From NCBI GenBank assembly GCA_002269645.1, contig NIVC01001671.1:188969-252968 (forward strand): a stretch of DNA of 64,000 bases, in the 5' to 3' direction. Shown here piece by piece: positions 35,102-54,600 of the stretch; position 1 is the first letter of the stretch, and every line of letters begins with the position of its first letter. Source of the stretch: Macrostomum lignano. Lineage: Eukaryota. The translations under genes were made by a program, and so were the position numbers. The notes beneath the pieces were generated by a model that searched no databases, had not been told where the DNA came from, and saw nothing but the letters and a program-made list of their open reading frames with translations.

Positions 35102-35890
35102 CTAAAGAGAAAAGGAATTCGAACCATACCCGGCGCTCAGAGGCTGGAGCCTGCGCAGGTCGCACCCCGCATTCACAGCTAAAATCAAGGCCCAATGATT
35201 TACAATTCCAGGCAGCACTGCATGGTTACTGCGTGCATTCGTCCAGCTGCCTTGTGAGTAACACTTGAGACGGAATCGCGAATCCGATGTTGAGCATACA
35301 TGCGTAACCAATATAACAAACTAACCCTAATTTATAATTTCACTCCATCCCTCACTGACACAGCTGGGGGAGAATTATCCCCCCACTGCACGATCTCGGT
35401 GCCGGGCTCTGTCTGCACGCAATCGATCTAACATGAGGCCCGACCCACCACCTCTCCTAGCAACTTAACTCAACTTTCTCAAGCACACCAAGTCCGGCGC
35501 CACAGCACATCCTTTTGCTGGAATTGTTAGCCGCGCTTCGGTCAGAAGTTTTTCTTGCGTGCCTACTGAGAACTCCAGCCGGGCTTTAATTATTCCCTGT
35601 CCCCTTCTCGGCTGCGGAGAGGTTAAGATGAAGAGTTTGGTGGAATCTGAGTCCACATATGCAGTAGCCACATATGTATAGAGACGATATTCTCGCTTTG
35701 TAGATGCCACTCTTGTCTCTTCCAACTCCAAACCGTCTCCCTCTTCATCACCCACTAGATCACTTTGCTCTAGGGAGGACCAGATTCGATTAGGAAAAAC
35801 ACGCACGGGGAGGCTGCAGGCCCGGCCCCAGATCGATGCGGGGGAACCACTACTTGTGTGCTTTGCGCCAAGGACTACCAATACGAGCGC
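35102..35890 (-). CDS. Possible exons of an unidentified gene (open frames 35465-35890 and 35102-35325)
   Basis: Non-repetitive, GC-balanced 138-aa ORF with upstream ctactttag acceptor, plus a second open frame downstream. No motif recognised. Confidence 0.3.
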
Positions 35891-37327
35891 TAAAGTAGGC
35901 TGGATTGGAATCTAGCTCTGACCCCCAACGTGAGTCAACTCTGACACACAATGTGGGTCAACTCTGACGCATAATGTGGGTCAACTCTGACGCATAGTGT
36001 GGGTCAACTCTGACACCCAATGTGGGTCATCTCTTACTATCTAATTTAGGTCAACTCTGACACCCAATGTGGGTCATCTCTTACTATCTAATTTGGGTCA
36101 ACTCGGACACAGAATTCGTTGCCAATGTCTTCCATTCCATTTGCTCCATTTTAGAAGTCCATGACTCCAGCAATCGTGAAAGCCCACTGCTTCAGAATCG
36201 AGGAACAACAGCCCTCCCTAAAGCCTCACCAAGTCTTTCGACATCGTTAATAATAAATATAAATCAATATCTAGATAGCTGCAGATGTCCTAGAGAGAAT
36301 CCATTTTAGATAAACTGTCGGTATAACTATTACAAGTACGCATGTAATTTCGTTGGTCCGTTAGTTGGCAGAGAATCATTGAAAAAAGTAATTTAGATCA
36401 GTATGGGTTATATTCCTGATAAATGAATATATAATCTTACTTTCTTTCATAAATAAGCATAGCCAATGAAATTTTTAGCAGAAAGAAAACAAATTGAAGC
36501 TTCGAAAACATGTTGGGTGGTAAGTCGTCTTAACTAAGTAGTATCGACCGATTTTTGTAGAAAACTTTTTTAATTAATAGCCTACATCTGCTTGCCAGTT
36601 GGCGTGTAATTCAATATTTAGAACTATTTGGCAATGACCAATGGCCTCTGAGCTCTACTCTCCCCCCTCTCTCTCTCCACTCTAACCCTCTCTCTACTCC
36701 CCCTTTCCCCCCTCTCTCTACTCTCCCCTCTCTCTCTCTATTCTCCCCCTCTCTCTCTATTCTCCCACCTCTCTCTACTCTCCCACCTCTCTCTACTCTC
36801 TCCTCTCTCTCTATTCTCCCCTTTTCTCTCTACTCTCCCACCTCTCTCTACTCTCCCACCTCTCTCTACTCTCCCATCTCTCTCTATTCCCCCTTCTATC
36901 TCTACTCCCCCCTCTCTTTCCACTCTATCCTCTCTCTCAATGTTTGGATTTTGAATTCGAATGCCCCCATTGGGGCTTAATGCGCTAGTCAGGTACTAAA
37001 AATTCTCTCAACTGAAAGTGAGTACACACTCCTGTGCAATATATGCGCAAGTTTATTGTACAAACTAAGTGAAGGCACGCAAGAACACAATTGGGTGCAC
37101 AAACAGATATGAGAGTTGAAATGCAGAGCGTCAGTACAAAAATTGCTGTGCAGCGGAGGACAAAAGACCCAACCAGCTACTCAATTTATTAAACGCAGAG
37201 GAAAGAAGTTGAAAAAAAATGGCTCGAGAAAAAAACTGTTCTTTTGACTATGTAAAATATTAAATTCAAAAGCCACTTATATACCGGTATACACTACAGA
37301 TAGAACTCAGTGTACAATCAATAATTG

Positions 37328-42832
<5,505 letters not shown>

Positions 42833-43969
42833 TGCCGAAGATTTGTCTGAGACCATTTTTATAGATAAGAATGTACTTTCAATGGCCAAGTCCCTCTGAG
42901 GCCTACGGTGTGTCAAATGGCAATGTACACCCAGTATGAGCTCGTGTGCATGCGTGCGTATCAGTTTCCCTCCTCGCTGGCTTTTGCCATGATTTTTTTA
43001 ATTACATGTAAATAAAAACGCTATTAATTAACACGTACGTTTGTTGACAACAATTTTTTAGTCATTTTTTAATAAACAGATGTGGGCCTGCGCAGCGCTC
43101 TCAAAGAGAAAGAGGACTAAAACTTTGCTAAATCAAAGATAAGAAGGGGCTGGATAGATAATAAAATTTGAGAAAGCAGTCACGTGATGAAGTTTGTACA
43201 TGGGGTAAATGTACACTCGGGGGGTGCAGCTGTGGAATGATGAGTCACTGAGTTTCACACGATCGTCAAGAGATAGAAATGAGGGGGCAGGGACAGAGAG
43301 ACGGGCGGCCGCGAAACCCCCACCCCGCCGGCCAGCCAATCACGAGCCGCCGCAGGGCAGAGCGTGGGCCAGGCCAGCTCGAGGTGGAAGAGGGAGAGAG
43401 AGCTTGAGCCAACGACATCACATATTGCTCGTATATTATATAGTAAGTGTCAAAAAGTTTGTAACACCAATTATACACTTACACAGTATACATGTATTTA
43501 TTTAGTAGAATAACGGTTTAATTAAAACACATGCAGAACATTGCAGAGTTTTCTAGCGGCGCAAATTAGTTTACTAATGCAATCAGTTAATCAAAAATCC
43601 AAATTCTAAGCAATTTTTAATTTTTACAAGAATCGACAATAGTGCCTGAGTGTCTGATCATGGCTAATAGCTAAACTTAATGCAGATGAGCAGATATAGA
43701 TAAAATTATTTTACACTACTATAATCAGCGAGGGGTTACATGTACGGAACTCAGTACCTGGATATAACTGAGGTCAAATCAGGGAGACCAGAGCCAATAA
43801 GTCATTAGATAAGTCGGAACTGAATGCTGAGTAATGAATTGAGGCAGATAAGAAAAATACAATCAATGCTAGTTTTCTTGAGCAGCATTCTAGACAGCTT
43901 AGTGAAAGAAACTTTCGAAGCACCGTTTTCTAAAATCTATTAGACATACAGAGAGGCGGGCGGCATATC

Positions 43970-44140
43970 AAAGAGCCGATGAATTCTGAATTAATAGGGC
44001 TGGGTGACGGGGAGGCGGCACATCAAAGAGCCGATGAATTCTCAATTAATAGGGCTGGGTGACGGGGAGGCGGCACATCAAAGAGCCGATATGAATTCTC
44101 ATTTAATAGGGCTGGGTGACGGGGAGGCGGCACATCAAAA
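43970..44140. repeat. Three copies of a ~56-bp unit (GAATTCT...AATAGGGCTGGGTGACGGGGAGGCGGCACATCAAA) next to the NDOR1 3' end
   Basis: Direct reading. Confidence 0.85.
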
Positions 44141-44236
44141 GAGTCAAGTAAAAGCCATATTAAAAGTGGTCTATAACTGGAGAAGTCAGCGGTGGCGCTT
44201 ATGATTTACGCAAATCAATCAAAGAATTAGAGCATC

Positions 44237-47200
44237 TCAAGACCAAGTCTCCATCTGGTACCGGCCAGTCCTTTGCCACTCTGCAAGCATCCCAGCTGCC
44301 TCAGCTTCATCAAAACCGCCGTGCACAGTCAGAGCAGCCTGCACAGCTGATAGAACCTCGCGCGGCATGGCGCCGGAGCTGCCGGCAACAATAACCGCGC
44401 CGCCGCCTAGCAACAGTAGCTTAGCAACGTCGGCACCCAGCTCGCGAATTCGATCTTGCACGTAGCATTTTGTCTGCTGGCCGCTGTCCGAAGTTGGCCG
44501 AGAAAACGCCGTAGCCAATTGGAACTTGTCCGGCCACAGACGAGACCACTCCAGCCAGTCGGACTGGAAGTAGAAATCTTTCTCCGGATGCCGGCAGCCG
44601 AAGAACACGAGAGTCTGGGCCGAGCCAGCAGCCGGTGCCTCATCGCCCTGCCCGTTGACGACCCCGTGTCGCTGCTGGACCAGACCTCGAAACGGCGCGA
44701 TCCCCGTGCCGGGACCGACCAGAACCAGCGGCACATCAACTGGCGGCACCCGAAGAGTGCCGCGCTGCAACCGGACAGTGACGACACTGCCAGGCCCAGC
44801 GCTGGCCAGATAGTTTGAGCACAGGCCCAGCCTCGGTTCGGACATGAGCTTGGATTTGTAGCGAACCACAGCAACAAGCAGGTCGAGACTTGAGCAGCCC
44901 GACTGGCCCAGACTGGCAATTGAGAAGCTTCGCGGTTGAATCGGTCTCAACAGGTCGAATAATCGACTCAATCGAATGCGAGAAGCCGACACGGGGAAGT
45001 CGCGCAGAGTTTCGGCTACAGTACGGCGAGGCCGGTTGCAATAGGCGGCCAGCTCGTCTACATCTCGTACAAACTCGCCTAGGCGTTCAATTTCCATGTC
45101 GAGTCGGCTCGAGTCTTCCTCAGTTGTAGTCGCGACCTCATCGCCGATGCCCATAGCGATTCGGCGAAGAGTTTCAAAGAAGCTACGGCGAGGCACGCAG
45201 CTGATGTCGAAATAGTTGGTTAGCAGCCAGCGCAGTGTCGGGCCAGCCGGCGGCAGGTCGGGCGGCGGCGGGAAGTTCGGATCGGACTGCGACACCCGCA
45301 GGCGAGTCTCCGGGTCCAGGTGCGACAAGGTGCTGAGCAGGCTGGAGACAGCGGATTGGCTGTTGCTGGGCAGGACTTGGAGAACGTCCCCGGGTTGGAA
45401 CGGGGACCAGAGGGTGGGCGACGGCGATTCAGCGCTTGTCGGCGCCGGACTCAGCGTGATGAGTCTGGTGTCCTGCGGCGAGAGGGTTGAGATGGAGGGC
45501 GAAGGGTGAGGTAGACTGGTGGGAGGAGGGTGACAGTTCAAGATGATGGGATAAGGGAAAGCTGAGGGCGGCAGAATGATAAATGGAATCTAAGAATGAG
45601 ATAGATGGAATCTAAGAATGAGATAGATGGAATCTAAGAATGAGATAGATGGAATCTAAGAACGAGATAAATGGAATCTAAGAATGAGATAGATGGAATC
45701 TAAGAATGAGATAGATGGAATCTAAGAATGAGATAAATGGAATCTAAGAATGAGATAGATGGAATCTAAGAATGAGATAAATGGAATCTAAGAATGAGAT
45801 AGATGGAATCTAAGAATGAGATAAATGGAATCTAAGAATGAGATAGATGGAATCTAAGAATGAGATAGATGGAATCTAAGAATGAGATAGATGGAATCTA
45901 AGAATGAGATAGATGGAATCTAAGAATGAGATAGATGGAATCTAAGAATGAGATAGATGGAATCTAAGAATGAGATAAATGGAATCTAAGAATGAGATAG
46001 ATGGAATCTAAGAATGAGATAGATGGAATCTAAGAATGAGATAGATGGAATCTAAGAATGAGATAAATGGAATCTAAGAATGAGATAGATGGAATCTAAG
46101 AATGAGATAAATGGAATCTAAGAATGAGATAAATGGAATCTAAGAATGAGATAGATGGAATCTAAGAATGAGATAAATGGAATCTAAGAATGAGATAAAT
46201 GGAATCTAAGAATGAGATAGATGGAATCTAAGAATGAGATAGATGGAATCTAAGAATGAGATAAATGGAATCTAAGGTTAAGATACGAGTAATGAAAGCT
46301 TTGAGGGTCAGATAGATGGAAGCCAAGATGAGATAACCAAAAATTATTTAGCGGCGATATATTAGAATTTAAGGGTGAGATAGATGAAATCTAAGGGTGG
46401 GATAAGTAGGAGCGTAGGGGTGCGATAAATGAAATCTAAGAGTGAGAAAAATGGAATCTAAGGGTGAGATAAATCGAATACAAGGGTGGGATAGATGAAA
46501 TCTAAGGGTGAGATAAATGGCAACTAAGGTGAAAATTGAATACAAGGGTGAGATGGATGGAATCTAAGGGTGAGATAAAAGTCAACTAAAGGCTGAGATA
46601 AATGGCAACTAAGGTGAGATAAATGGAATGCAAGGGTGAGATAGATTTAATCTTAGGATGAGATAAATGGCAACTAAGGTGAGATAAATTGAATGCAAGG
46701 GTGAGATAGATGTAATCTTAGGATGAGATAAATGGCAACTAAGGTGAGATAAATGGGAATGGGAAAGTTGAAATCCTCACCTGAAAATGATCCTCCGCGG
46801 TAACCCGCTTATTAGCAACAATGCGAGCCAATTGATAACCAGTTTCTGGCGGCGGCAATCTCGGACCATCTGCACCTACTACTACTACTACTACTTGATT
46901 AGCGGCAGTAGTATGAGTAGAATCTGTAGATTTCTCAGCTGCAATAGCCTCAACGCGATAGAGCGGCGGCAGAGGAGCGTCAAGACAGCTGCCAACGCAG
47001 GCGCAACGGACGCTAAAAGTGTCCGTCAGCAGAGCGGACACTGTCTCAGCGAATGGCAGGAAGGCCTGGTCGGGTCCCAGTTCGTCCTGATCGTTGGCCA
47101 GAGCCAGGGGGCAGGCGGAATTGGCGCCCAGCAGGCATAAACGGCGATGCAGTTTCTTGGCCACGAAATTGTACTGCAGGTAACTGGAGTCACCGAAACC

Positions 47201-48598
47201 AATTAGGCAGAAACGGAGTCGAGCCGTGGCTGAGTCACCGTTGCCATGGGGATTATTGGCTGTTGTGGAATTTTGAGAATGAGGATAAAGTTAAGGTTAA
47301 CGCTTGGTTAGATTGCGAAAATAGCTGTAATGTAACTCACAGAGCTTGGAATACCGACTGCCTTTGGGATAAATCCGATAAGACACCGGGATTACCAGGT
47401 AGGAGAATCGAAAAGCACAGGTGAGACAACCGAAACAAGCACAGGTTAGATACCCGGGATAAGCGCAGGTAAGACACCCGGGGTTATCACAGGTACGACA
47501 CCCGGGATAAGCACAGGTAAGACACCCGGGGTAATCACAGGTAAGACAGTTGGAATAATCACAGGTAAGACACCCGGGATAATCACAGGTACGACACCCG
47601 GGATAAGCACAGGTACGACACCCGGGATAAGCACAGGTAAGACACCCGGGATAAGCACAGGTAAGACACCCGAGCTAATCACAGGTAAGCCACCGGGATA
47701 AGCACAGGTAAGACAACCGGAATAAAGCACAGGTAAGACACTCAGGAAAATCACAGGTGAGACACCCGGGATAATCACAGGTAAGATACTCCAGTTGAGC
47801 ACAGGTAAGACACCAGGATAATCACAGGTAAGACACTGGGATAATCAAAAGTAAGACACCCGGGATAATCACAGGTAAGACACCGGGATAAGCACAGGTA
47901 AGACACTCCAGTTGAGCACAGGTAAGACACCAGGATAATCACAGGTAAGACACTGGGATAATCACAAGTAAGACACCCGGGATAATCACAGGTAAGACAC
48001 CGGGATAAGCACAGGTAAGACACCTGGGATAAAGCACAGGTAAGACACCCAGGAAATTCACAGGTGAGACACCCGGAATAATCACAGGTAAGACACTCCA
48101 GTTGAGCACAGGTAAGACACTGGGATAATCACAAGTAAGAAACCTGGGATAATTACAGGTAAGACACCGGTATAAAGCATCGACAAGACACTCACCGCTC
48201 TGGCTGCTCCCGTTGCCATGGAGACAGCCTTGAGTCAGCCGCCTGCTCATAGCCAGGCGCCAGAACTTGCGCATATTGGCTGGTGGATCGCCCTGTCCCG
48301 TGGTTGAACAAGCCGCGATAAGCAGCTGCTGGCGAAGATCGTTGCTAGGCAAACAATCAGCCGCCGTTTCCAAGGCAACAATGCCGACTTCGTCTAACGA
48401 GCCGAAGCGACAGTTTAAACCGTGAGATCGGGCAAAATTGTACAGGGTCAGGGCGGCGTCTTGGGCCACACCGGTCTCGCTGCCGTAGGCTATGGTCAGT
48501 TGGGGAGGCTGACGCGCAGGTTCAGGATGATGAAGCTGACTGGAAGTACCGCCACCACCGGTTCCAGACTCTTCGCCGTTGTTACAGGGCGGAACCAT
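44237..48598 (-). CDS. NDOR1: NADPH-dependent diflavin oxidoreductase 1 (Tah18 orthologue), ~695 aa. Exons 48598-48196, 47229-46781, 45472-44237
   Basis: Flavodoxin IAYGSETGVAQD, CSTTGQGDPPANMRKFWR, FGDSSYLQYNFVAKKLHRRL; HFQ|DTRLI; PRSFSIAS; GLCSNYL; LVGPGTGIAPFRG; FFGCR; AFSR; YVQD; VAGSSGAMP; C-terminal RYQMETWS. Confidence 0.95.
45580..46760. repeat. 22-bp minisatellite AAGAATGAGATA(G/A)ATGGAATCT, degenerate after ~46280, in NDOR1 intron 2
   Basis: Period 22 (45601 to 45623). Confidence 0.93.
47400..48170. repeat. ~23-24-bp minisatellite GCACAGGTAAGACACCCGGGATAA in NDOR1 intron 1
   Basis: Direct reading. Confidence 0.92.
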
Positions 48599-48689
48599 GG
48601 TCGAATGAGGAGTGTCGGGTTGCTGGAATTGCGGATTAGGGTAGGGTGCCTCTTAGTGGGCATCTTGTCAGCAGGATTTGCCTCCTGTC

Positions 48690-51600
48690 AGACGGTACTT
48701 GTCAGTAGCTATGGCTAACTTGTCAGTGGCTGTGGGTAACTTGTCAGTGGCTGTGGGTAACTTGTCAGTTGCTATGGCTAACTTGTCAGTCGTTATGGAC
48801 AACTTGTCAGTGGCTATGGCTAACTTGTCAGTCGTTATGGATAACTTTTCAGTGGCTATGGGTAACTTGTCAGTGGCTATGGGTAACTTGTCAGTGGCTA
48901 TGGGTAACTTGTCAGTGGCTGTGGGTAACTTGTCAGTTGCTATGGCTAACTTGTCAGTCGTTATGGACAACTTGTCAGTGGCTATAGCTAACTTGTCAGT
49001 CGTTATGGATAACTTTTCAGTGGCTATGGGTAACTAGTCAGTGGCTGTGGGTAACTTGTCAGTGGCTATGGCTAACTTGTCAGTCGTTATGGATAACTTG
49101 TCAGTGGCTATGGGTAACTTGTCAGTGGCTGTGGGTAACTTGTCAGTGGCTATGGGTAACTTGTCAGTGGCTATGGGTAACTTGTCAGTCGTTATGGATA
49201 ACTTGTCAGTCGTTATGGACAACTTGTCAGTGGCTATGGCTAACTTGTCAGTCGTTATGGATAACTTTTCAGTGGCTATGGGTAACTTGTCAGTGGCCAT
49301 TGGTAACTTGTCAGCGGCTGTGGGTAACTTGTCAGTGGCTATGGCTAACTTGTCAGTCGTTATGGATAACTTGTCAGTGGCTATGGGTAACTTGTCAGTG
49401 GCTGTGGGTAACTTGTCAGTGGCTATGGGTAACTTGTCAGTGGCTGTGGGTAACTTGTCAGTGGTTGTGGGTAACTTGTCAGTGGCTATGGGTAACTTGT
49501 CAGTGGCTATGGGTAACTTGTCAGTGGCTATGGGTAACTTGTCAGTCGTTATGGATAACTTGTCAGTGGCTATGGCTAACTTGTCAGTCGTTATGGATAA
49601 CTTGTCAGTGGCTATGGGTAACTTGTCAGTGGCTATAGGTAACTTGTCAGTGGCCATGGGTAACTTGTCAGTGGCTGTGGGTAACTTGTCAGTGGCTATG
49701 GGTAACTTGTCAGTGGCTATGGGTAACTTGTCAGTGGCCATTGGTAACTTGTCAGTGGCTATGGGTAACTTGTCAGTGGCTGTGGGTAACTTGTCAGTGG
49801 TTGTGGGTAACTTGTCAGTGGCTGTGGGTAACTTGTCAGTAGGCATGGCTAACTTGTCAGTGGCTATGGGTAACTTGTCAGTGGCCATTAGTAACTTGTC
49901 AGTGGCTATGGGTAACTTGTCAGTGGCTGTGGGTAACTTGTCAGTGGCTATGGGTAACTTGTCAGTGGCTATGGGTAACTTGTCAGTGGCTATGGGTTAC
50001 TTGTCAGTGGCTATGGGTAACTTGTCAGTGGCTATGGGTAACTTGTCAGTGGGTATGGGTAACTTGTCAGTGGCCATGGGTAACTTGTCAGTGGCTGTGG
50101 GTAACTTGTCAGTGGCTATGGGTAACTTGTCAGTGGCTATGGGTAACTTGTCAGTGGGTATGGGTAACTTGTCAGTGGCCATGGGTAACTTGTCAGTGGC
50201 TGTGGGTAACTTGTCAGTGGCTATGGGTAACTTGTCAGTGGCTATGGGTAACTTGTCAGTGGCCATTGGTAACTTGTCAGTGGCTATGGGTAACTTGTCA
50301 GTGGCTGTGGGTAACTTGTCAGTGGTTGTGGGTAACTTGTCAGTGGCTGTGGGTAACTTGTCAGTGGGCATGGCTAACTTGTCAGTGGCTATGGGTAACT
50401 TGTCAGTGGCCATGGGTAACTTGTCAGTGGCTGTGGGTAACTTGTCAGTGGCTATGGGTAACTTGTCAGTGGCTATGGGTAACTTGTCAGTGGCCATTGG
50501 TAACTTGTCAGTGGCTATGGGTAACTTGTCAGTGGCTGTGGGTAACTTGTCAGTGGTTGTGGGTAACTTGTCAGTGGCTGTGGGTAACTTGTCAGTAGGC
50601 ATGGCTAACTTGTCAGTGGCTATGGGTAACTTGTCAGTGGCTATGGGTAACTTGTCAGTGGCCATTAGTAACTTGTCAGTGGCTATGGGTAACTTGTCAG
50701 TGGCTGTGGGTAACTTGTCAGTGGCTATGGGTAACTTGTCAGTGGCTATGGGTAACTTGTCAGTGGCTATGGGTTACTTGTCAGTGGCTATGGGTAACTT
50801 GTCAGTGGCTATGGGTAACTTGTCAGTGGCTATGGGTAACTTGTCAGTGGCCATGGGTAACTTGTCAGTGGCTGTGGGTAACTTGTCAGTGGCTATGGGT
50901 AACTTGTCAGTGGGTATGGGTAACTTGTCAGTGGCCATGGGTAACTTGTCAGTGGCTGTGGGTAACTTGTCAGTGGCTATGGGTAACTTGTCAGTGGCTA
51001 TGGGTAACTTGTCAGTGGCCATTGGTAACTTGTCAGTGGCTATGGGTAACTTGTCAGTGGCTGTGGGTAACTTGTCAGTGGCTGTGGGTAACTTGTCAGT
51101 GGTTGTGGGTAACTTGTCAGTGGCTGTGGGTAACTTGTCAGTAGGCATGGCTAACTTGTCAGTGGCTATGGGTAACTTGTCAGTGGCTATGGGTAACTTG
51201 TCAGTGGCCATTAGTAACTTGTCAGTGGCTATGGGTAACTTGTCAGTGGCTGTGGGTAACTTGTCAGTGGCTGTGGGTAACTTGTCAGTGGCTGTGGGTA
51301 ACTTGTCAGTAGGCATGGCTAACTTGTCAGTGGCTATGGGTAACTTGTCAGTGGTTGTGGGTAACTTGTCAGTGGCTGTGGGTAACTTGTCAGTAGGCAT
51401 GGCTAACTTGTCAGTGGCTATGGGTAACTTGTCAGTGGTTGTGGGTAACTTGTCAGTGGTTGTGGGTAACTTGTCAGTGGCTATGGGTAACTTGTCAGTG
51501 GCTGTGGGTAACTTGTCAGTGGGCATGGGTAACTTGTCAGTGGCTATGAGTAACTTGTCAGTGGCTATGGGTAACTTGTCAGTGGCTGTGGGTAACTTGT

Positions 51601-54600
51601 CAGTGGTTGTGGGTAACTTGTCAGTGGCTGTGGGTAACTTGTCAGTAGGCATGGCTAACTTGTCAGTGGCTATGGGTAACTTGTCAGTGGCTATGGGTAA
51701 CTTGTCAGTGGCCATTAGTAACTTGTCAGTGGCTATGGGTAACTTGTCAGTGGCTGTGGGTAACTTGTCAGTGGCTATGGGTAACTTGTCAGTGGCTATG
51801 GGTAACTTGTCAGTGGCTATGGGTAACTTGTCAGTGGTATGGGTAACTTGTCAGTGGCCATGGGTAACTTGTCAGTGGCTGTGGGTAACTTGTCAGTGGC
51901 TATGGGTAACTTGTCAGTGGCTATGGGTAACTTGTCAGTGGGTATGGGTAACTTGTCAGTGGCCATGGGTAACTTGTCAGTGGCTGTGGGTAACTTGTCA
52001 GTGGCTATGGGTAACTTGTCAGTGGCTGTGGGTAACTTGTCAGTGGTTGTGGGTAACTTGTCAGTGGCTGTGGGTAACTTGTCAGTAGGCATGGCTAACT
52101 TGTCAGTGGCTATGGGTAACTTGTCAGTGGCCATGGGTAACTTGTCAGTGGCTGTGGGTAACTTGTCAGTGGCTATGGGTAACTTGTCAGTGGCTATGGG
52201 TAACTTGTCAGTGGCTGTGGGTAACTTGTCAGTGGTTGTGGGTAACTTGTCAGTGGCTGTGGGTAACTTGTCAGTAGGCATGGCTAACTTGTCAGTGGCT
52301 ATGGGTAACTTGTCAGTGGTTGTGGGTAACTTGTCAGTGGTTGTGGGTAACTTGTCAGTGGCTATGGGTAACTTGTCAGTGGCTGTGGGTAACTTGTCAG
52401 TGGGCATGGGTAACTTGTCAGTGGCTATGAGTAACTTGTCAGTGGCTATGGGTAACTTGTCAGTGGCTGTGGGTAACTTGTCAGTGGCTGTGGGTAACTT
52501 GTCAGTGGCTATGGGTAACTTGTCAGTGGCTATGGGTAACTTGTCAGTGGCCATTGGTAACTTGTCAGTGGCTATGGGTAACTTGTCAGTGGCTGTGGGT
52601 AACTTGTCAGTGGCCATTGGTAACTTGTCAGTGGCTATGGGTAACTTGTCAGTGGCTGTGGGTAACTTGTCAGTGGTTGTGGGTAACTTGTCAGTGGCTG
52701 TGGGTAACTTGTCAGTGGGCATGGCTAACTTGTCAGTGGCTATGGGTAACTTGTCAGTGGCCATGGGTAACTTGTCAGTGGCTGTGGGTAACTTGTCAGT
52801 GGCTATGGGTAACTTGTCAGTGGCTATGGGTAACTTGTCAGTGGCCATTGGTAACTTGTCAGTGGCTATGGGTAACTTGTCAGTGGCTGTGGGTAACTTG
52901 TCAGTGGTTGTGGGTAACTTGTCAGTGGCTGTGGGTAACTTGTCAGTGGGCATGGCTAACTTGTCAGTGGCTATGGGTAACTTGTCAGTGGCTATGGGTA
53001 ACTTGTCAGTGGCCATGTAACTTGTCAGTGGCTATGGGTAACTTGTCAGTGGCTGTGGGTAACTTGTCAGTGGCTATGGGTAACTTGTCAGTGGCTATGG
53101 GTAACTTGTCAGTGGCTATGGGTAACTTGTCAGTGGCTATGGGTAACTTGTCAGTGGCTATGGGTAACTTGTCAGTGGGTATGGGTAACTTGTCAGTGGC
53201 CATGGGTAACTTGTCAGTGGCTGTGGGTAACTTGTCAGTGGCTATGGGTAACTTGTCAGTGGGTATGGGTAACTTGTCAGTGGCCATGGGTAACTTGTCA
53301 GTGGCTGTGGGTAACTTGTCAGTGGCTATGGGTAACTTGTCAGTGGCTATGGGTAACTTGTCAGTGGCCATTGGTAACTTGTCAGTGGCTATGGGTAACT
53401 TGTCAGTGGCTGTGGGTAACTTGTCAGTGGCTGTGGGTAACTTGTCAGTGGTTGTGGGTAACTTGTCAGTGGCTGTGGGTAACTTGTCAGTAGGCATGGC
53501 TAACTTGTCAGTGGCTATGGGTAACTTGTCAGTGGCTATGGGTAACTTGTCAGTGGCCATTAGTAACTTGTCAGTGGCTATGGGTAACTTGTCAGTGGCT
53601 GTGGGTAACTTGTCAGTGGCTGTGGGTAACTTGTCAGTGGCTGTGGGTAACTTGTCAGTGGCATGGTAACTTGTCAGTGGCTATGGGTAACTTGTCAGTG
53701 GTTGTGGGTAACTTGTCAGTGGCTGTGGGTAACTTGTCAGTGGCATGGTAACTTGTCAGTGGCTATGGGTAACTTGTCAGTGGTTGTGGGTAACTTGTCA
53801 GTGGTTGTGGTAACTTGTCAGTGGCTATGGGTAACTTGTCAGTGGCTGTGGGTAACTTGTCAGTGGGCATGGGTAACTTGTCAGTGGCTATGAGTAACTT
53901 GTCAGTGGCTATGGGTAACTTGTCAGTGGCTGTGGGTAACTTGTCAGTGGCCATTGGTAACTTGTCAGTGGCTATGGGTAACTTGTCAGTGGCTGTGGGT
54001 AACTTGTCAGTGGCTGTGGGTAACTTGTCAGTGGTTGTGGTAACTTGTCAGTGGCTGTGGGTAACTTGTCAGTGGCATGGTAACTTGTCAGTGGCTATGG
54101 GTAACTTGTCAGTGGCTATGGGTAACTTGTCAGTGGCCATTGTAACTTGTCAGTGGCTATGGGTAACTTGTCAGTGGCTGTGGGTAACTTGTCAGTGGCT
54201 GTGGGTAACTTGTCAGTGGCTGTGGGTAACTTGTCAGTGGCATGGTAACTTGTCAGTGGCTATGGTAACTTGTCAGTGGTTGTGGTAACTTGTCAGTGGC
54301 TGTGGGTAACTTGTCAGTGGCATGGTAACTTGTCAGTGGCTATGGGTAACTTGTCAGTGGCTTGGGTAACTTGTCAGTGGTTGTGGGTAACTTGTCAGTG
54401 GCTATGGGTAACTTGTCAGTGGCTATGGGTAACTTGTCAGTGGCTATGGTAACTTGTCAGTGGCTATGGGTAACTTGTCAGTGGCTGTGGGTAACTTGTC
54501 AGTGGCTATGGGTAACTTGTCAGTGGCTGTGGGTAACTTGTCAGTGGTTGTGGGTAACTTGTCAGTGGCTATGGGTAACTTGTCAGTGGCTATGGGTAAC

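Noticed and set aside
43290-43400. GC-rich patch with GC-box and CCAAT between the convergent TRIM and NDOR1 3' ends
   Set aside because: Promoter-like, but no associated ORF, RNA gene or element termini could be identified.
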